Shown here: in pieces, positions 33,204-43,251 of the stretch
Layout of the letters: each line of letters starts with the position of its first letter
How positions within the stretch are numbered: position 1 is the stretch's first letter
From: an uncultured Kushneria sp.
GTDB lineage: Bacteria; Pseudomonadota; Gammaproteobacteria; Pseudomonadales; Halomonadaceae
Length of the DNA: 64,000 nt
Reading direction: 5' to 3'
NCBI RefSeq assembly: GCF_947497025.1
Contig: NZ_CANMFC010000010.1
Coordinates: 3,138-67,137, forward strand
Notes under the pieces: generated by a model
Seen by the model: the letters and a program-made list of their open reading frames with translations, nothing else
What the model was told of the DNA's origin: nothing
Databases searched by the model: none
Translations under genes and position numbers: made by a program

Positions 33204-33244
33204 GCAAAAAAGCGGGACGAAACCCTGAAGGGCTTCATCCCGCT
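33204..33244 (-). terminator. Intrinsic terminator after dapB, ~140 nt upstream of carA
   Basis: Minus-strand AGCGGGA-TGAAGCCC-ttca-GGGTTTCG-TCCCGCT followed by TTTTTTG. Confidence 0.65.
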
Positions 33245-33332
33245 TTGTTTGATCGCCATGGTCTGCGGGTTCGACCCGGCCAAATTGTGCCGATGATATC
33301 GGATTTCACGCCCGCATGCCATCACCCAATGT

Positions 33333-34178
<846 letters not shown>

Positions 34179-34255
34179 TCATTGCTCATGTTCGTCATTT
34201 ACTCGTGCTCATCTCTGCCACTATAACCCATCAGACCTCGCAACCGGACGACCCC

Positions 34256-35230
34256 ATGGCGGACAGACGTACCCAACACTTCCTTTCTACAGCTGCCCTG
34301 GCCCTGTGGCTGGCCCTGCTGCCCGGCTGCACCCGGGCAGGCGTTGTCGACCCGGGCGGCCCGCCGGGCGGCTCATCTCCCGAGCGCCTTGAGTGGTGCG
34401 GCATGCTGGAGCTGCCGGATCGCATGCCCGACGGTCAACCCCTCGGAGGACTGTCGGAGCTGGCGTTTGATCAGGAAAACCATCTGCTGTACATGCTTTC
34501 CGATCGTGCCCGGCTCTATCGGGCACGCCCCCATTTCGACGACCGCCAGCAACTGACGCGCCTTGAGCTGCTCGACTCGACACCGCTTCGTGATCAAACG
34601 GGAAAACCGCTTGAGATGCCCTGGGCCGACAGTGAATCCATGGTGTTGATCAAGGGGGAGCAGGGAGAACCACAGCTGCTGATCGGGTTTGAGCGTCGCC
34701 ATCGGCTGCAGCGTTTCACGCTTGACGGGAGACCACTGGGAGAGGCGATACAGCCTTCGGCGCTGGAAGGCGCGCGCGACAACGGCAGTCTGGAAGCGCT
34801 GGTCAACCATCCCGACCATGGAATTATTGCCGGGCTCGAGTTTGCCTCAAAGGGAATGACTGACCATGAAAGTCGATTGTTTGATCTCGACGGCCGTCAG
34901 TGGCGCTGGCAGCGCACCGAGGCACAAAGCGGCCTGACGGCGATGGCCCCATTGGGCGACGATCTACTGCTGCTGGAGCGCAACTTCAAGATCGGCCGTC
35001 CCTTGATCATCTCATTGCGTCGCGCCCGGCTTTCAGGCGCTGCACCGGACAGCGTTGTTCCCGGCAGCACCATTGCCCGTCTGGCCAGCGACGAGGGCTG
35101 GCGGCTGGACAACTTTGAAGGGCTGGCACAAATCGCGCCACAGCGCTATCTGATGATCAGCGACGATAACCTCAGCTGGCTACAGCGCTCGCTTCTGTGG
35201 TGTTTTGACGTCCCGACACCTGCAGAGTGA
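34256..35230 (+). CDS. Putative lipoprotein with esterase-like-activity-of-phytase (beta-propeller-like) domain
   Basis: Start set at MADRRTQHFLSTAALALWLALLPGC (lipobox LPGC). GGLSELAFD...LYMLSDR and LEGLA-type repeats resemble the phytase-like esterase family. Assigned from memory, not by a search. Confidence 0.5.
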   Translation: MADRRTQHFLSTAALALWLALLPGCTRAGVVDPGGPPGGSSPERLEWCGMLELPDRMPDGQPLGGLSELAFDQENHLLYMLSDRARLYRARPHFDDRQQLTRLELLDSTPLRDQTGKPLEMPWADSESMVLIKGEQGEPQLLIGFERRHRLQRFTLDGRPLGEAIQPSALEGARDNGSLEALVNHPDHGIIAGLEFASKGMTDHESRLFDLDGRQWRWQRTEAQSGLTAMAPLGDDLLLLERNFKIGRPLIISLRRARLSGAAPDSVVPGSTIARLASDEGWRLDNFEGLAQIAPQRYLMISDDNLSWLQRSLLWCFDVPTPAE

Positions 35231-35263
35231 CCACCCCGGTGCCGGCCCTGGAGCCACCGGTCA

Positions 35264-36361
35264 TCAGCACTCCGCTTCAGGACCGGCCGCGTTTTCTGCC
35301 AACAGCGTCTCAAGGGTCATCACCTCCCCGCAGCGGTCCGGCGCGTAACCATTCAGGCTCGCCAGCTCGGCCAGAAAGCCACGCGAGGCCATATAGCCCA
35401 GCAGCGCCTGCATATTTTCCTGAGCCAGCCGTTCGGTGTGACAGACCAATAAATAGTGCTCGGTGGCCAGGGAAACGAAATCAAGTCCGAACTGCGTAGC
35501 AGCCGCCTCTACCCCAAAGCCGGCATCTGCCATGCCCGCCGCCACGTAGGCGGCGACCGCCGTATGCGTAAACTCCTCATGGCGTGCCTCGGGGAGCTCG
35601 GTCCCATCAACGCCATGCTCCGCCAGCAGAAGATCGAACAGCATGCGGGTCCCTGAGCGTTCATTGCGATAGATAAATCGAATATCGCCACAGGCCAGAT
35701 CGGCCATGGTACGAATTCGATGATGATCCTCATGACGCAGCATCAGTCCCTGGCACCGGGTCACAAAGCGGATAACGCTTAAATTCTGGCCGGACAGCCA
35801 GGGACGATAGACCGTCATGACCTGCTCGGCCAGAGGTGGGTCCACCGGCAGATGCAGGCTTGCCAGATCACACTCGTCGCGTCGCAGCGCCTCTAGTGCC
35901 TCAATGGAGGAGCAGTAGCGCAGATCCAGCTCGCCCTGAAACTCCGGCAAAAGGGCCACGGCATAGCCATGACTTGCGTGAAGACGCAGCACTGGGTGCG
36001 CGCCGTCCAACAGCTGCTGCAGCTGGTGATTAAGCTCGGAGGCCATGCTGTCGATCTGTGGCCCCAGCCGCGCACGTACCCGCTGCTCCGCCCACAAGAG
36101 CTTCTCCCCCAGCGGCGAGAGCTGCGTGCCATGGCCACGGCGCATCTCCACCAACGACATGCCAAAAAAGGTCTCGGCCCGATTGAGCAGATTCCAGGCA
36201 TGACGATAGGAAACATTGGCCCGGCTGGCGGCGTGGGTGAGCTTGCCGGTATCGAGCAGCCCCGCCAGAAGCACGAACAACACCGGGTCGAGCAGCTCGC
36301 CATCCTCGCGATAAAAACGCCAGGCCGGGGCGATATTCAACTTTTTGCTAAGCATTTTCAT
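35264..36361 (-). CDS. Transcriptional regulator with a LysR/ModE-type wHTH N-terminus and a periplasmic-binding-protein-like effector domain; candidate fds regulator
   Basis: N-terminus GKLTHAASRANVSYRHAWNLLNRAETFFGMSLVEMRRGHGTQLSPLGEKLL. Divergent from fdsG. Confidence 0.7.
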   Translation of the reverse strand: MKMLSKKLNIAPAWRFYREDGELLDPVLFVLLAGLLDTGKLTHAASRANVSYRHAWNLLNRAETFFGMSLVEMRRGHGTQLSPLGEKLLWAEQRVRARLGPQIDSMASELNHQLQQLLDGAHPVLRLHASHGYAVALLPEFQGELDLRYCSSIEALEALRRDECDLASLHLPVDPPLAEQVMTVYRPWLSGQNLSVIRFVTRCQGLMLRHEDHHRIRTMADLACGDIRFIYRNERSGTRMLFDLLLAEHGVDGTELPEARHEEFTHTAVAAYVAAGMADAGFGVEAAATQFGLDFVSLATEHYLLVCHTERLAQENMQALLGYMASRGFLAELASLNGYAPDRCGEVMTLETLLAENAAGPEAEC

Positions 36362-36501
36362 TCATATTTTGCCGCCGTATAGAGAGTGCTAATTTGGTCG
36401 AGAGCGTGACCCTGACTTAAAAACAGTTATGCATAACGATTCCTATAAGACGATCGGATGAGCGTTGTCGCTTGCATCCTCCGACCTGATGAGATCCGGC
36501 C

Positions 36502-37008
36502 ATGTCACAGACCCCATCCCCCGTCGCCGATGCCTGGACGCCGGCGCAAATTCAGGCAGTGATTGACGCTCATCGCGAGAGACCGGGCGCCATGCTGCCA
36601 ACGCTGCACGCCCTTCAGGACCGTTTCGGCTTCATACCCGAGGCGGCAGTGCCCATGATCGCCGACGCCCTGCGCCACACCCGCGCCGAAGTGCACGGCA
36701 TCATCAGCTTCTATCATCACTTTCGCACCCATCCGGCAGGACGCAACGTCGTCCAGATCTGTCGCGCCGAGGCGTGTCAGTCGGTGGGCAGCCGCCAGCT
36801 CGAGGCGCATGCGAAAAAGGCGCTGGGCATCGACTACCACCAGACCACGCCGGATCACGAACTCACCCTCGAGCCGGTCTACTGTCTGGGCAACTGTGCC
36901 TGCGGACCGTCCATTCGCGTCAATGACGACGTGTATGGGCGCATGACGCCCGAGCGGTTCGATCAACTGACGGATGAGCTGTCGGCGACCGTCGTGGAGG
37001 TGAAGTGA
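36502..37008 (+). CDS. fdsG: NAD-dependent formate dehydrogenase gamma subunit (NuoE-like, 2Fe-2S)
   Basis: 168 aa with the Cys pattern CRAEAC...CLGNCACGP typical of NuoE/FdsG. Confidence 0.88.
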   Translation: MSQTPSPVADAWTPAQIQAVIDAHRERPGAMLPTLHALQDRFGFIPEAAVPMIADALRHTRAEVHGIISFYHHFRTHPAGRNVVQICRAEACQSVGSRQLEAHAKKALGIDYHQTTPDHELTLEPVYCLGNCACGPSIRVNDDVYGRMTPERFDQLTDELSATVVEVK

Positions 37009-38576
37009 TGACCGTTACCGTTTACGTCCCCCGGGACACCACGGCGCTGGCCTTGGGTGCCGATCGGGTCGCCATTCGTCTCCAGCGCGGCGCAAAAGCC
37101 CGCGATGTCGAGATCAACCTCGTGCGCAACGGCTCCCGTGGCCTGTTTTATCTGGAACCGCTGATCGAGATTGATACACCCGAGGGCCGGGTGGCGTTCG
37201 GTCCGGTCACGCCCGGTGATGTCGACGCCCTGCTGGAGGCCGGACTGCTCGAGGGCCGACAGGATCATCCCCTGGCACTGGGGCTGACCGAAGAGATCGC
37301 CTACCTCAAGCGCCAGCAGCGCCTGACCTTCTCGCGCATTGGCATTACCGACCCCGTATCGATCGAGGACTACACGGCCCTGCGCGGCTTTGAAGGCCTG
37401 AAAAAGACGCTGGCACTGGACAGCCAGGCCGTGGTCGATGAGGTCAAGACCTCCGGCCTGCGCGGTCGTGGCGGGGCGGCCTTCCCCACCGGCATCAAGT
37501 GGCAGACCGTCCACGATCAGCCGCCGGGGCAGAAATACGTGGTCTGCAACGCCGATGAAGGCGACTCCGGCACCTTCGCCGACCGCCTGGTGATGGAGTG
37601 TGATCCCTACATGCTGATCGAGGGCATGACCATTGCCGGCCTCGCCGTGGGCGCCGATCAGGGCTACATCTATCTGCGCTCCGAGTACCCGCTGGCGCAT
37701 GCCATTCTGGATGAAGCGATCGAGCGCGCCGTGGCGGCCGGCTATCTCGGTGACAATATTCTGGACAGCGGCCGCGCCTTTCATCTGGAAGTGCGTCTGG
37801 GGGCCGGTGCCTATATCTGCGGCGAAGAAACGTCCCTGCTGGAAAGCCTCGAAGGCAAGCGTGGGCTGGTGCGGGCCAAACCGCCGCTGCCCGCCATCGA
37901 GGGGCTGTTTGGCCGGCCCACCGTGGTCAATAACGTACTGTCGCTGGCGGCAGTGCCCTTTATTCTGGATCAGGGCGGTCAGACCTACGCCGACTACGGT
38001 CTGGGACGCTCGCGCGGGACACTGGCCATTCAACTGGCCGGCAACGTCCGGTGCGGCGGACTGGTGGAACTCGCCTTCGGCACCAACCTGCGTGAACTGA
38101 TGGAAGGGTTTGGCGGCGGCACCCTGAGCGGTCGTCCGCTCAAGGCCGTTCAGGTCGGCGGCCCACTGGGTGCCTATCTGCCAGAAAGCCAGTGGGACCA
38201 TCCGGTCGATTATGAAGGCTTCGCCGCGTTTGGGGGCGTGGTGGGCCACGGCGGGGTGGTGATGTTCGACGACACCGTCGACATGGGCGACCAGGCCCGC
38301 TTTGCCATGGAATTTTGCAGCGTGGAGTCCTGCGGCAAGTGCACGCCGTGCCGGATCGGCGCCGTGCGTGGCGTGGAGGTCATTGATCGCATCCGCGCCG
38401 GGGAGTCGTTTGACAAGAACCTCGCCCTGCTCACCGATCTCTGCGACACCATGGTCGATGGATCGCTATGTGCCATGGGCGGGATGACCCCGTTCCCGGT
38501 CCAGAGCGTCATGCAGCACTTTCCCGATGATCTGACACCTCGACAAGCCGTCACGGCGGGAGGTACGACATGCTGA
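37005..38576 (+). CDS. fdsB: NAD-dependent formate dehydrogenase beta subunit (NuoF-like, FMN/NAD, 4Fe-4S)
   Basis: GLRGRGGAAFPTG FMN/NADH motif and ESCGKCTPCR 4Fe-4S motif. Confidence 0.9.
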   Translation: MMTVTVYVPRDTTALALGADRVAIRLQRGAKARDVEINLVRNGSRGLFYLEPLIEIDTPEGRVAFGPVTPGDVDALLEAGLLEGRQDHPLALGLTEEIAYLKRQQRLTFSRIGITDPVSIEDYTALRGFEGLKKTLALDSQAVVDEVKTSGLRGRGGAAFPTGIKWQTVHDQPPGQKYVVCNADEGDSGTFADRLVMECDPYMLIEGMTIAGLAVGADQGYIYLRSEYPLAHAILDEAIERAVAAGYLGDNILDSGRAFHLEVRLGAGAYICGEETSLLESLEGKRGLVRAKPPLPAIEGLFGRPTVVNNVLSLAAVPFILDQGGQTYADYGLGRSRGTLAIQLAGNVRCGGLVELAFGTNLRELMEGFGGGTLSGRPLKAVQVGGPLGAYLPESQWDHPVDYEGFAAFGGVVGHGGVVMFDDTVDMGDQARFAMEFCSVESCGKCTPCRIGAVRGVEVIDRIRAGESFDKNLALLTDLCDTMVDGSLCAMGGMTPFPVQSVMQHFPDDLTPRQAVTAGGTTC

Positions 38577-41530
38577 ACTACTTCGATCCCAAGACAGTCG
38601 ATCCCAAACAGGCCGACCCACACGCCTTCAATGCTGGACTGGGTGGCGTCGGTGACCATCAGAACACCTTCAATCCGGCCTTTTTCGACCGCGACCTGGG
38701 CACGCCGGCGCGCACGTCCGAGACGCCGGTCGAGCTGACCATCGACGGCACCGCCATTCGCGTTCCGGAAGGGACTTCGGTCATGCGCGCTGCGGCGCTG
38801 GCCGGCATCACCATCCCCCGCCTGTGCGCCTCGGACAACCTTGAGGCGTTTGGCTCCTGCCGACTCTGTGCGGTAGAGATCGAAGGCCGACGCGGCATGC
38901 CGGCGTCGTGCACCACGCCGGTGGTTGAGGGCATGTCGGTCACGACGCAGAACGCCAGAATCGCAAAACTGCGCCGCAACATCATGGAGCTCTACATCTC
39001 CGATCACCCGCTGGACTGTCTGACCTGTCCGGCCAATGGCGACTGTGAGCTGCAGGACATGGCGGGCGTCGTGGGACTTCGCGAGGTGCGCTACGGCTTT
39101 GAGGGTGCCAACCATCTCGACGCCGAGATCGATGACTCCAACCCCTATTTCAGCTTCGACCCCAGCAAGTGCATCGTCTGCTCACGCTGCGTGCGCGCCT
39201 GCGGCGAAGTGCAGGGTACCTTTGCCCTGACCATCGAAGGTCGCGGTTTCGACTCGAAGGTGGCCGCCAGCCAGAACGAACCCTTCATGGACTCCGAGTG
39301 CGTCTCCTGCGGCGCCTGTGTTCAGGCCTGCCCCACCTCGACGCTGATGGAAAAGAGCGTCATCGAGGAAGGCGTGCCGGAGCACAGCGTCGTCACCACC
39401 TGCGCCTACTGCGGCGTGGGCTGCTCGTTCGAGGCACAGATGAAGGGCGACAAGCTGGTGCGCATGGTGCCGTACAAGGGCGGCGACGCGAACCACGGTC
39501 ACTCCTGCGTCAAGGGTCGCTTTGCCTTTGGCTACGCCACCCACAAGGATCGCATTCGCGAACCGATGATCCGCGACTCAATCGACCAGCCCTGGCGTGC
39601 GGTCTCCTGGGAGGAGGCCATCGGCTTTGCCGCTCGCCGTCTCAAGGAGATTCAGCATCAGTACGGTCGCGACAGCGTCGGTGGCATCACCTCGTCGCGC
39701 TGTACCAACGAAGAGACCTATCTGGTCCAGAAGCTGATTCGCGCCGCGCTGGGCAACAACAACACCGACACCTGTGCCCGTGTCTGTCACTCGCCGACCG
39801 GCTACGGCCTCAAGACCACGCTGGGCGAGTCCGCCGGCACCCAGACCTTCGATTCGGTCATGAAGGCCGACACCATTCTGGTCATCGGTGCCAACCCCAC
39901 CGATGCCCACCCGGTGTTCGCCTCGCAGATGAAGCGTCGCCTGCGCCAGGGCGCCACATTGATCGTCGCCGACCCGCGCCGCATCGATCTGCTGAGAACG
40001 CCTCACGGCGGTCAGGGCCTGCACCTGGCGCTCAAGCCGGGGACCAACGTGGCGCTGGTCAATGCGCTGGGCCATGTGGTGGTTACCGAAGGCCTGGAAG
40101 ACACTGATTTCATCGCCCGTCGCTGCGACACCGAGGGCTATCAGCGCTGGCGCGCCTTCATCTCTGACCCGCGCCACGCCCCGGAAGCGGTGGAAAGCGA
40201 CACCGGCGTTCCTGCCGCGGCCGTTCGCGAAGCCGCGCGTGCCTACGCCAGCGCCGGCAACGGTGCGATCTACTACGGACTGGGCGTGACCGAGCACAGC
40301 CAGGGCTCGACCACGGTCATGGCCATCGCCAACCTGGCGATGGCGACCGGCAACATCGGTCGGGAAGGCGTCGGGGTCAATCCGCTGCGCGGTCAGAACA
40401 ACGTGCAGGGTTCCTGCGACATGGGCTCGTTCCCGCATGAACTGCCGGGCTATCAGCACGTGGCCGATCCGGCAATCCGCCAGCGCTTTGAAGCCGTATG
40501 GAACACCACACTTGATGACGAGCCGGGGCTTCGTATCCCCAACATGTTTGATGCCGCCATCAACGGCACCTTCAAGGCGCTCTACGTGCAGGGCGAGGAC
40601 ATTGCACAGTCCGATCCCAACACCCAGCACGTCGAATCGGCCCTGTCAGCGCTGGACTGTCTGATCGTGCAGGATATTTTCCTCAACGAAACGGCGAAAT
40701 ACGCCCATGTACTGTTGCCGGGTGCCACCTTCCTCGAGAAAAACGGCACCTTCACCAACGCCGAGCGTCGCATCAATCGCGTGCGGCGGGTGATGCCGCC
40801 GGTGGCCGGCAAGGAAGACTGGGAAGTCACTCAGGATCTGGCCAACGCGCTGGGCTATCCCATGCACTACAGCCATCCGTCCGAGATCATGGACGAGATC
40901 GCAAGCCTTGCACCGACCTTCACCGGGGTGAGCTATGACAAGCTCGAGCAGCTGGGCAGTATCCAGTGGCCCTGTAATGACGACTACCCGCTGGGTACGC
41001 CCACCATGCACGGCGTGGACTTCCCGATCGGCAAGGGAAGCTTTGCCATCACCGAGTACGTGGCCACCGAAGAGCGGGTCAATGCGCGCTATCCGCTGCT
41101 GCTGACCACCGGGCGCATCCTTAGCCAGTACAATGTTGGCGCCCAGACACGCCGCACCGCCAACAGCAGCTGGCACTCGGAAGACGTGCTGGAGATCCAT
41201 CCGTCAGATGCCGAGGATCGCGGCCTGCGTGACGGTGACTGGCTGGGCATTCGCAGCCGCGTGGGCCACACCGTGCTGCGCTGTCTGGTCAGCGATCGCA
41301 TGGCGCCGGGCGTGGTCTACACCACCTTCCACCATCCGGGCAGTGGTGCCAACGTGATCACGACCGACAACTCCGACTGGGCCACCAACTGCCCCGAGTA
41401 CAAGGTGACGGCAGTGCAGGTCGAGAAGGTCTCGCAGCCGTCGACCTGGCAGCAGCAGTTCCAGCGTTTTGATGAACGCCAGCAGGGCTATCTGGCCAGT
41501 GCCGAGTCACCGGAGCCGGCGCTCAAGTGA
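38570..41530 (+). CDS. fdsA: NAD-dependent formate dehydrogenase alpha subunit (molybdopterin, NuoG-like N-terminus)
   Basis: 986 aa. N-terminal 2Fe-2S/4Fe-4S Cys clusters, TCAYCGVGC MopB cluster, and active-site region ARVCHSPT (Cys, with no in-frame TGA). Confidence 0.92.
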   Translation: MLNYFDPKTVDPKQADPHAFNAGLGGVGDHQNTFNPAFFDRDLGTPARTSETPVELTIDGTAIRVPEGTSVMRAAALAGITIPRLCASDNLEAFGSCRLCAVEIEGRRGMPASCTTPVVEGMSVTTQNARIAKLRRNIMELYISDHPLDCLTCPANGDCELQDMAGVVGLREVRYGFEGANHLDAEIDDSNPYFSFDPSKCIVCSRCVRACGEVQGTFALTIEGRGFDSKVAASQNEPFMDSECVSCGACVQACPTSTLMEKSVIEEGVPEHSVVTTCAYCGVGCSFEAQMKGDKLVRMVPYKGGDANHGHSCVKGRFAFGYATHKDRIREPMIRDSIDQPWRAVSWEEAIGFAARRLKEIQHQYGRDSVGGITSSRCTNEETYLVQKLIRAALGNNNTDTCARVCHSPTGYGLKTTLGESAGTQTFDSVMKADTILVIGANPTDAHPVFASQMKRRLRQGATLIVADPRRIDLLRTPHGGQGLHLALKPGTNVALVNALGHVVVTEGLEDTDFIARRCDTEGYQRWRAFISDPRHAPEAVESDTGVPAAAVREAARAYASAGNGAIYYGLGVTEHSQGSTTVMAIANLAMATGNIGREGVGVNPLRGQNNVQGSCDMGSFPHELPGYQHVADPAIRQRFEAVWNTTLDDEPGLRIPNMFDAAINGTFKALYVQGEDIAQSDPNTQHVESALSALDCLIVQDIFLNETAKYAHVLLPGATFLEKNGTFTNAERRINRVRRVMPPVAGKEDWEVTQDLANALGYPMHYSHPSEIMDEIASLAPTFTGVSYDKLEQLGSIQWPCNDDYPLGTPTMHGVDFPIGKGSFAITEYVATEERVNARYPLLLTTGRILSQYNVGAQTRRTANSSWHSEDVLEIHPSDAEDRGLRDGDWLGIRSRVGHTVLRCLVSDRMAPGVVYTTFHHPGSGANVITTDNSDWATNCPEYKVTAVQVEKVSQPSTWQQQFQRFDERQQGYLASAESPEPALK

Positions 41531-41570
41531 GCGCTGTCACCCCGGAATTCATCCAGAGTGCGAGGTGGAC

Positions 41571-41834
41571 ATGAACGATCCCGTGACACCGCTGATCAGA
41601 ATGGTCAATCAGATCAGCCTCAATAATCGCCATCATGACAGCGATGAGGCATCAGCCGAGCAGATTGCCGGCCATCTCAAGAAATTCTGGGCCCGCGACA
41701 TGAAGCGCCGGATCATCGACTATGCCGATCATGACGGCAGTGAGCTCGATCCCGTTTCCAGACTTGCGGTGGCACGACTGAAGACCATGTCGGATGTGGT
41801 CAAAGACTGGGAGGAAACCTCCGACGCCGGATAA
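41571..41834 (+). CDS. fdsD: Formate dehydrogenase delta subunit
   Basis: The 87-aa MNDPVTPLIRMVNQISLNN...HLKKFWARDMKRRI is FdsD-like. GAGGTGG RBS before ATG 41571. Confidence 0.75.
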   Translation: MNDPVTPLIRMVNQISLNNRHHDSDEASAEQIAGHLKKFWARDMKRRIIDYADHDGSELDPVSRLAVARLKTMSDVVKDWEETSDAG

Positions 41835-41868
41835 ACCAAGGGCTCTTTTATCTGGTATCACAAGGCCC

Positions 41869-41906
41869 ATGGCCCCGTTCGCAGTCTGCGAACGGGGCCA
41901 TTTTAA
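41869..41906 (+). terminator. Intrinsic terminator of the fds operon
   Basis: A 15-bp stem ATGGCCCCGTTCGCA-gtc-TGCGAACGGGGCCAT followed by TTTAAT. Confidence 0.8.
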
Positions 41907-42032
41907 TGGAGCTCTTATATACCTCAGGCGACCTGAAAGAAGGTTCTGTTACTTTCGCACCTGCCTCAATGCGATTCCCGACTCGTGGCGCTCGACGGTC
42001 TGCGTGAAACCTCGCATAATGCCGAAAAATGC

Positions 42033-42052
42033 GAATGATAAACCTTATCATC
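42033..42052 (+). promoter_or_regulatory. Candidate Fur box
   Basis: GAATGATAAaccTTATCATC is an inverted TGATAA/TTATCA dyad resembling GATAATGATAATCATTATC. It lies 70-90 nt upstream of the ABC binding-protein gene. Confidence 0.5.
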
Positions 42053-42120
42053 ACATGGCAGGACGCTGACCGGTATCGCGTTCACAACGTGTGTTTCCCT
42101 CTCTGGCCATTACAACGATC

Positions 42121-43251
42121 ATGAAAAGAAACCTGCTGTTTACCGCTTTCGTAGCGCTTGTCCTGTTCTCCGGCATCACTTCGGCAAAGGAAATGGTGGT
42201 CACCGATGTGGCAGGCCGTCAGGTCCATGTCGAGACCCCGGTCAAACGCATGATTCTTGGCGAGGGCCGCCAGATCTATCTGCTGAGCGTACTGCAGCCG
42301 AAAACCCCCTTTAACGGTGTGGTGGGCTGGCGCGAGAACCTCTCGCAGGCCGATCCGTAAACATACGCCGCCTATGCCGCAAAATTTCCCGAATTGAAAG
42401 ACATTCCGACCTTTGGCGGTTTCAAGGATGGCACCTTTGACGTGGAGCAGGCCGCTTCTCTCAAACCCGATGTGGTCTTCATGAACATCGAGGCGCAAAC
42501 GGCCACCGAAGATGCCGGCTACGAGGACAAGCTCGCCGCCCTGGGCATCCCCATTGTCTATGTGGATTTTCGTGAAGATCCCATCAAGGACACCCCGGCC
42601 TCGATCCGGCTCATGGGGAGGCTTCTGGACAAGGAAAATGAAGCAGAGCGCTTTATCAACTTTTCCAACCAGCAGATGGCGCGCGTCACCGATGTGATTG
42701 AACAGGCCGACCCGGAGCGCCCGCGCGTATTTATCGACCGCGCCGGCGGCTACTCTGATGACTGCTGCATGAGCTTTGGTCCGCACAATTTCGGTGACTA
42801 CGTTCGCATTGCTGGCGGCCAGAACATTGCCGACGACATCATCCCCAACACCTTTGGCACCCTCAATCCCGAACAGATCATCGCCTCCAACCCGCAGCAG
42901 GTCGTGGTCACCGGTGGCGATTGGGAAGCCTATGTCCCCGGCGGTGCCTGGGTGGGTGTCGGGCCGGGCGCTGACATGACGGAAGCCCGCCGCAAGCTCG
43001 AAGCCCTGACACATCGCACGGCCATGACCGGCATCGATGCCGTCAAACACGATCGTGTCCATGCCATCTGGCATCAGTTCTACAACAGCCCCTATTACTT
43101 TGTGGCGATTCAGCAGCTGGCCAAATGGTTCCATCCGGACCTTTTCAAGGATCTCGATCCGGATGCCACCCTGCGCGAGCTTCATGAACGCTTTTTGCCT
43201 TTGACGTACCAGCCAGGGTACTGGGTGTCGCTCGAGGCGGAAGATGAATAA
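42121..43251 (+). pseudogene. Periplasmic binding protein (FecB/Peripla_BP_2 type) of an iron-siderophore/cobalamin-class ABC importer, interrupted by an in-frame TAA
   Basis: ORFs 42091-42360 and 42394-43251 are in the same frame (offset 303 nt) and separated only by TAA at 42358-42360. The N-terminal part has a signal peptide (MKRNLLFTAFVALVLFSGITSA). Together they form one full-length binding protein. Confidence 0.7.

Noticed and set aside
36362-36501. Possible molybdenum-cofactor (Moco) riboswitch upstream of fdsG
   Set aside because: The spacer is only 140 nt and must also hold two divergent promoters. I could not recognise the conserved Moco-motif core by eye. It would need a covariance-model search, so it is not claimed.
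42358-42360. Programmed recoding (selenocysteine or pyrrolysine) at the in-frame stop of the binding-protein gene
   Set aside because: The codon is TAA, not TGA or TAG, and no SECIS-like hairpin follows. Periplasmic binding proteins are not known selenoproteins, so a nonsense mutation or sequencing error is the simpler explanation.
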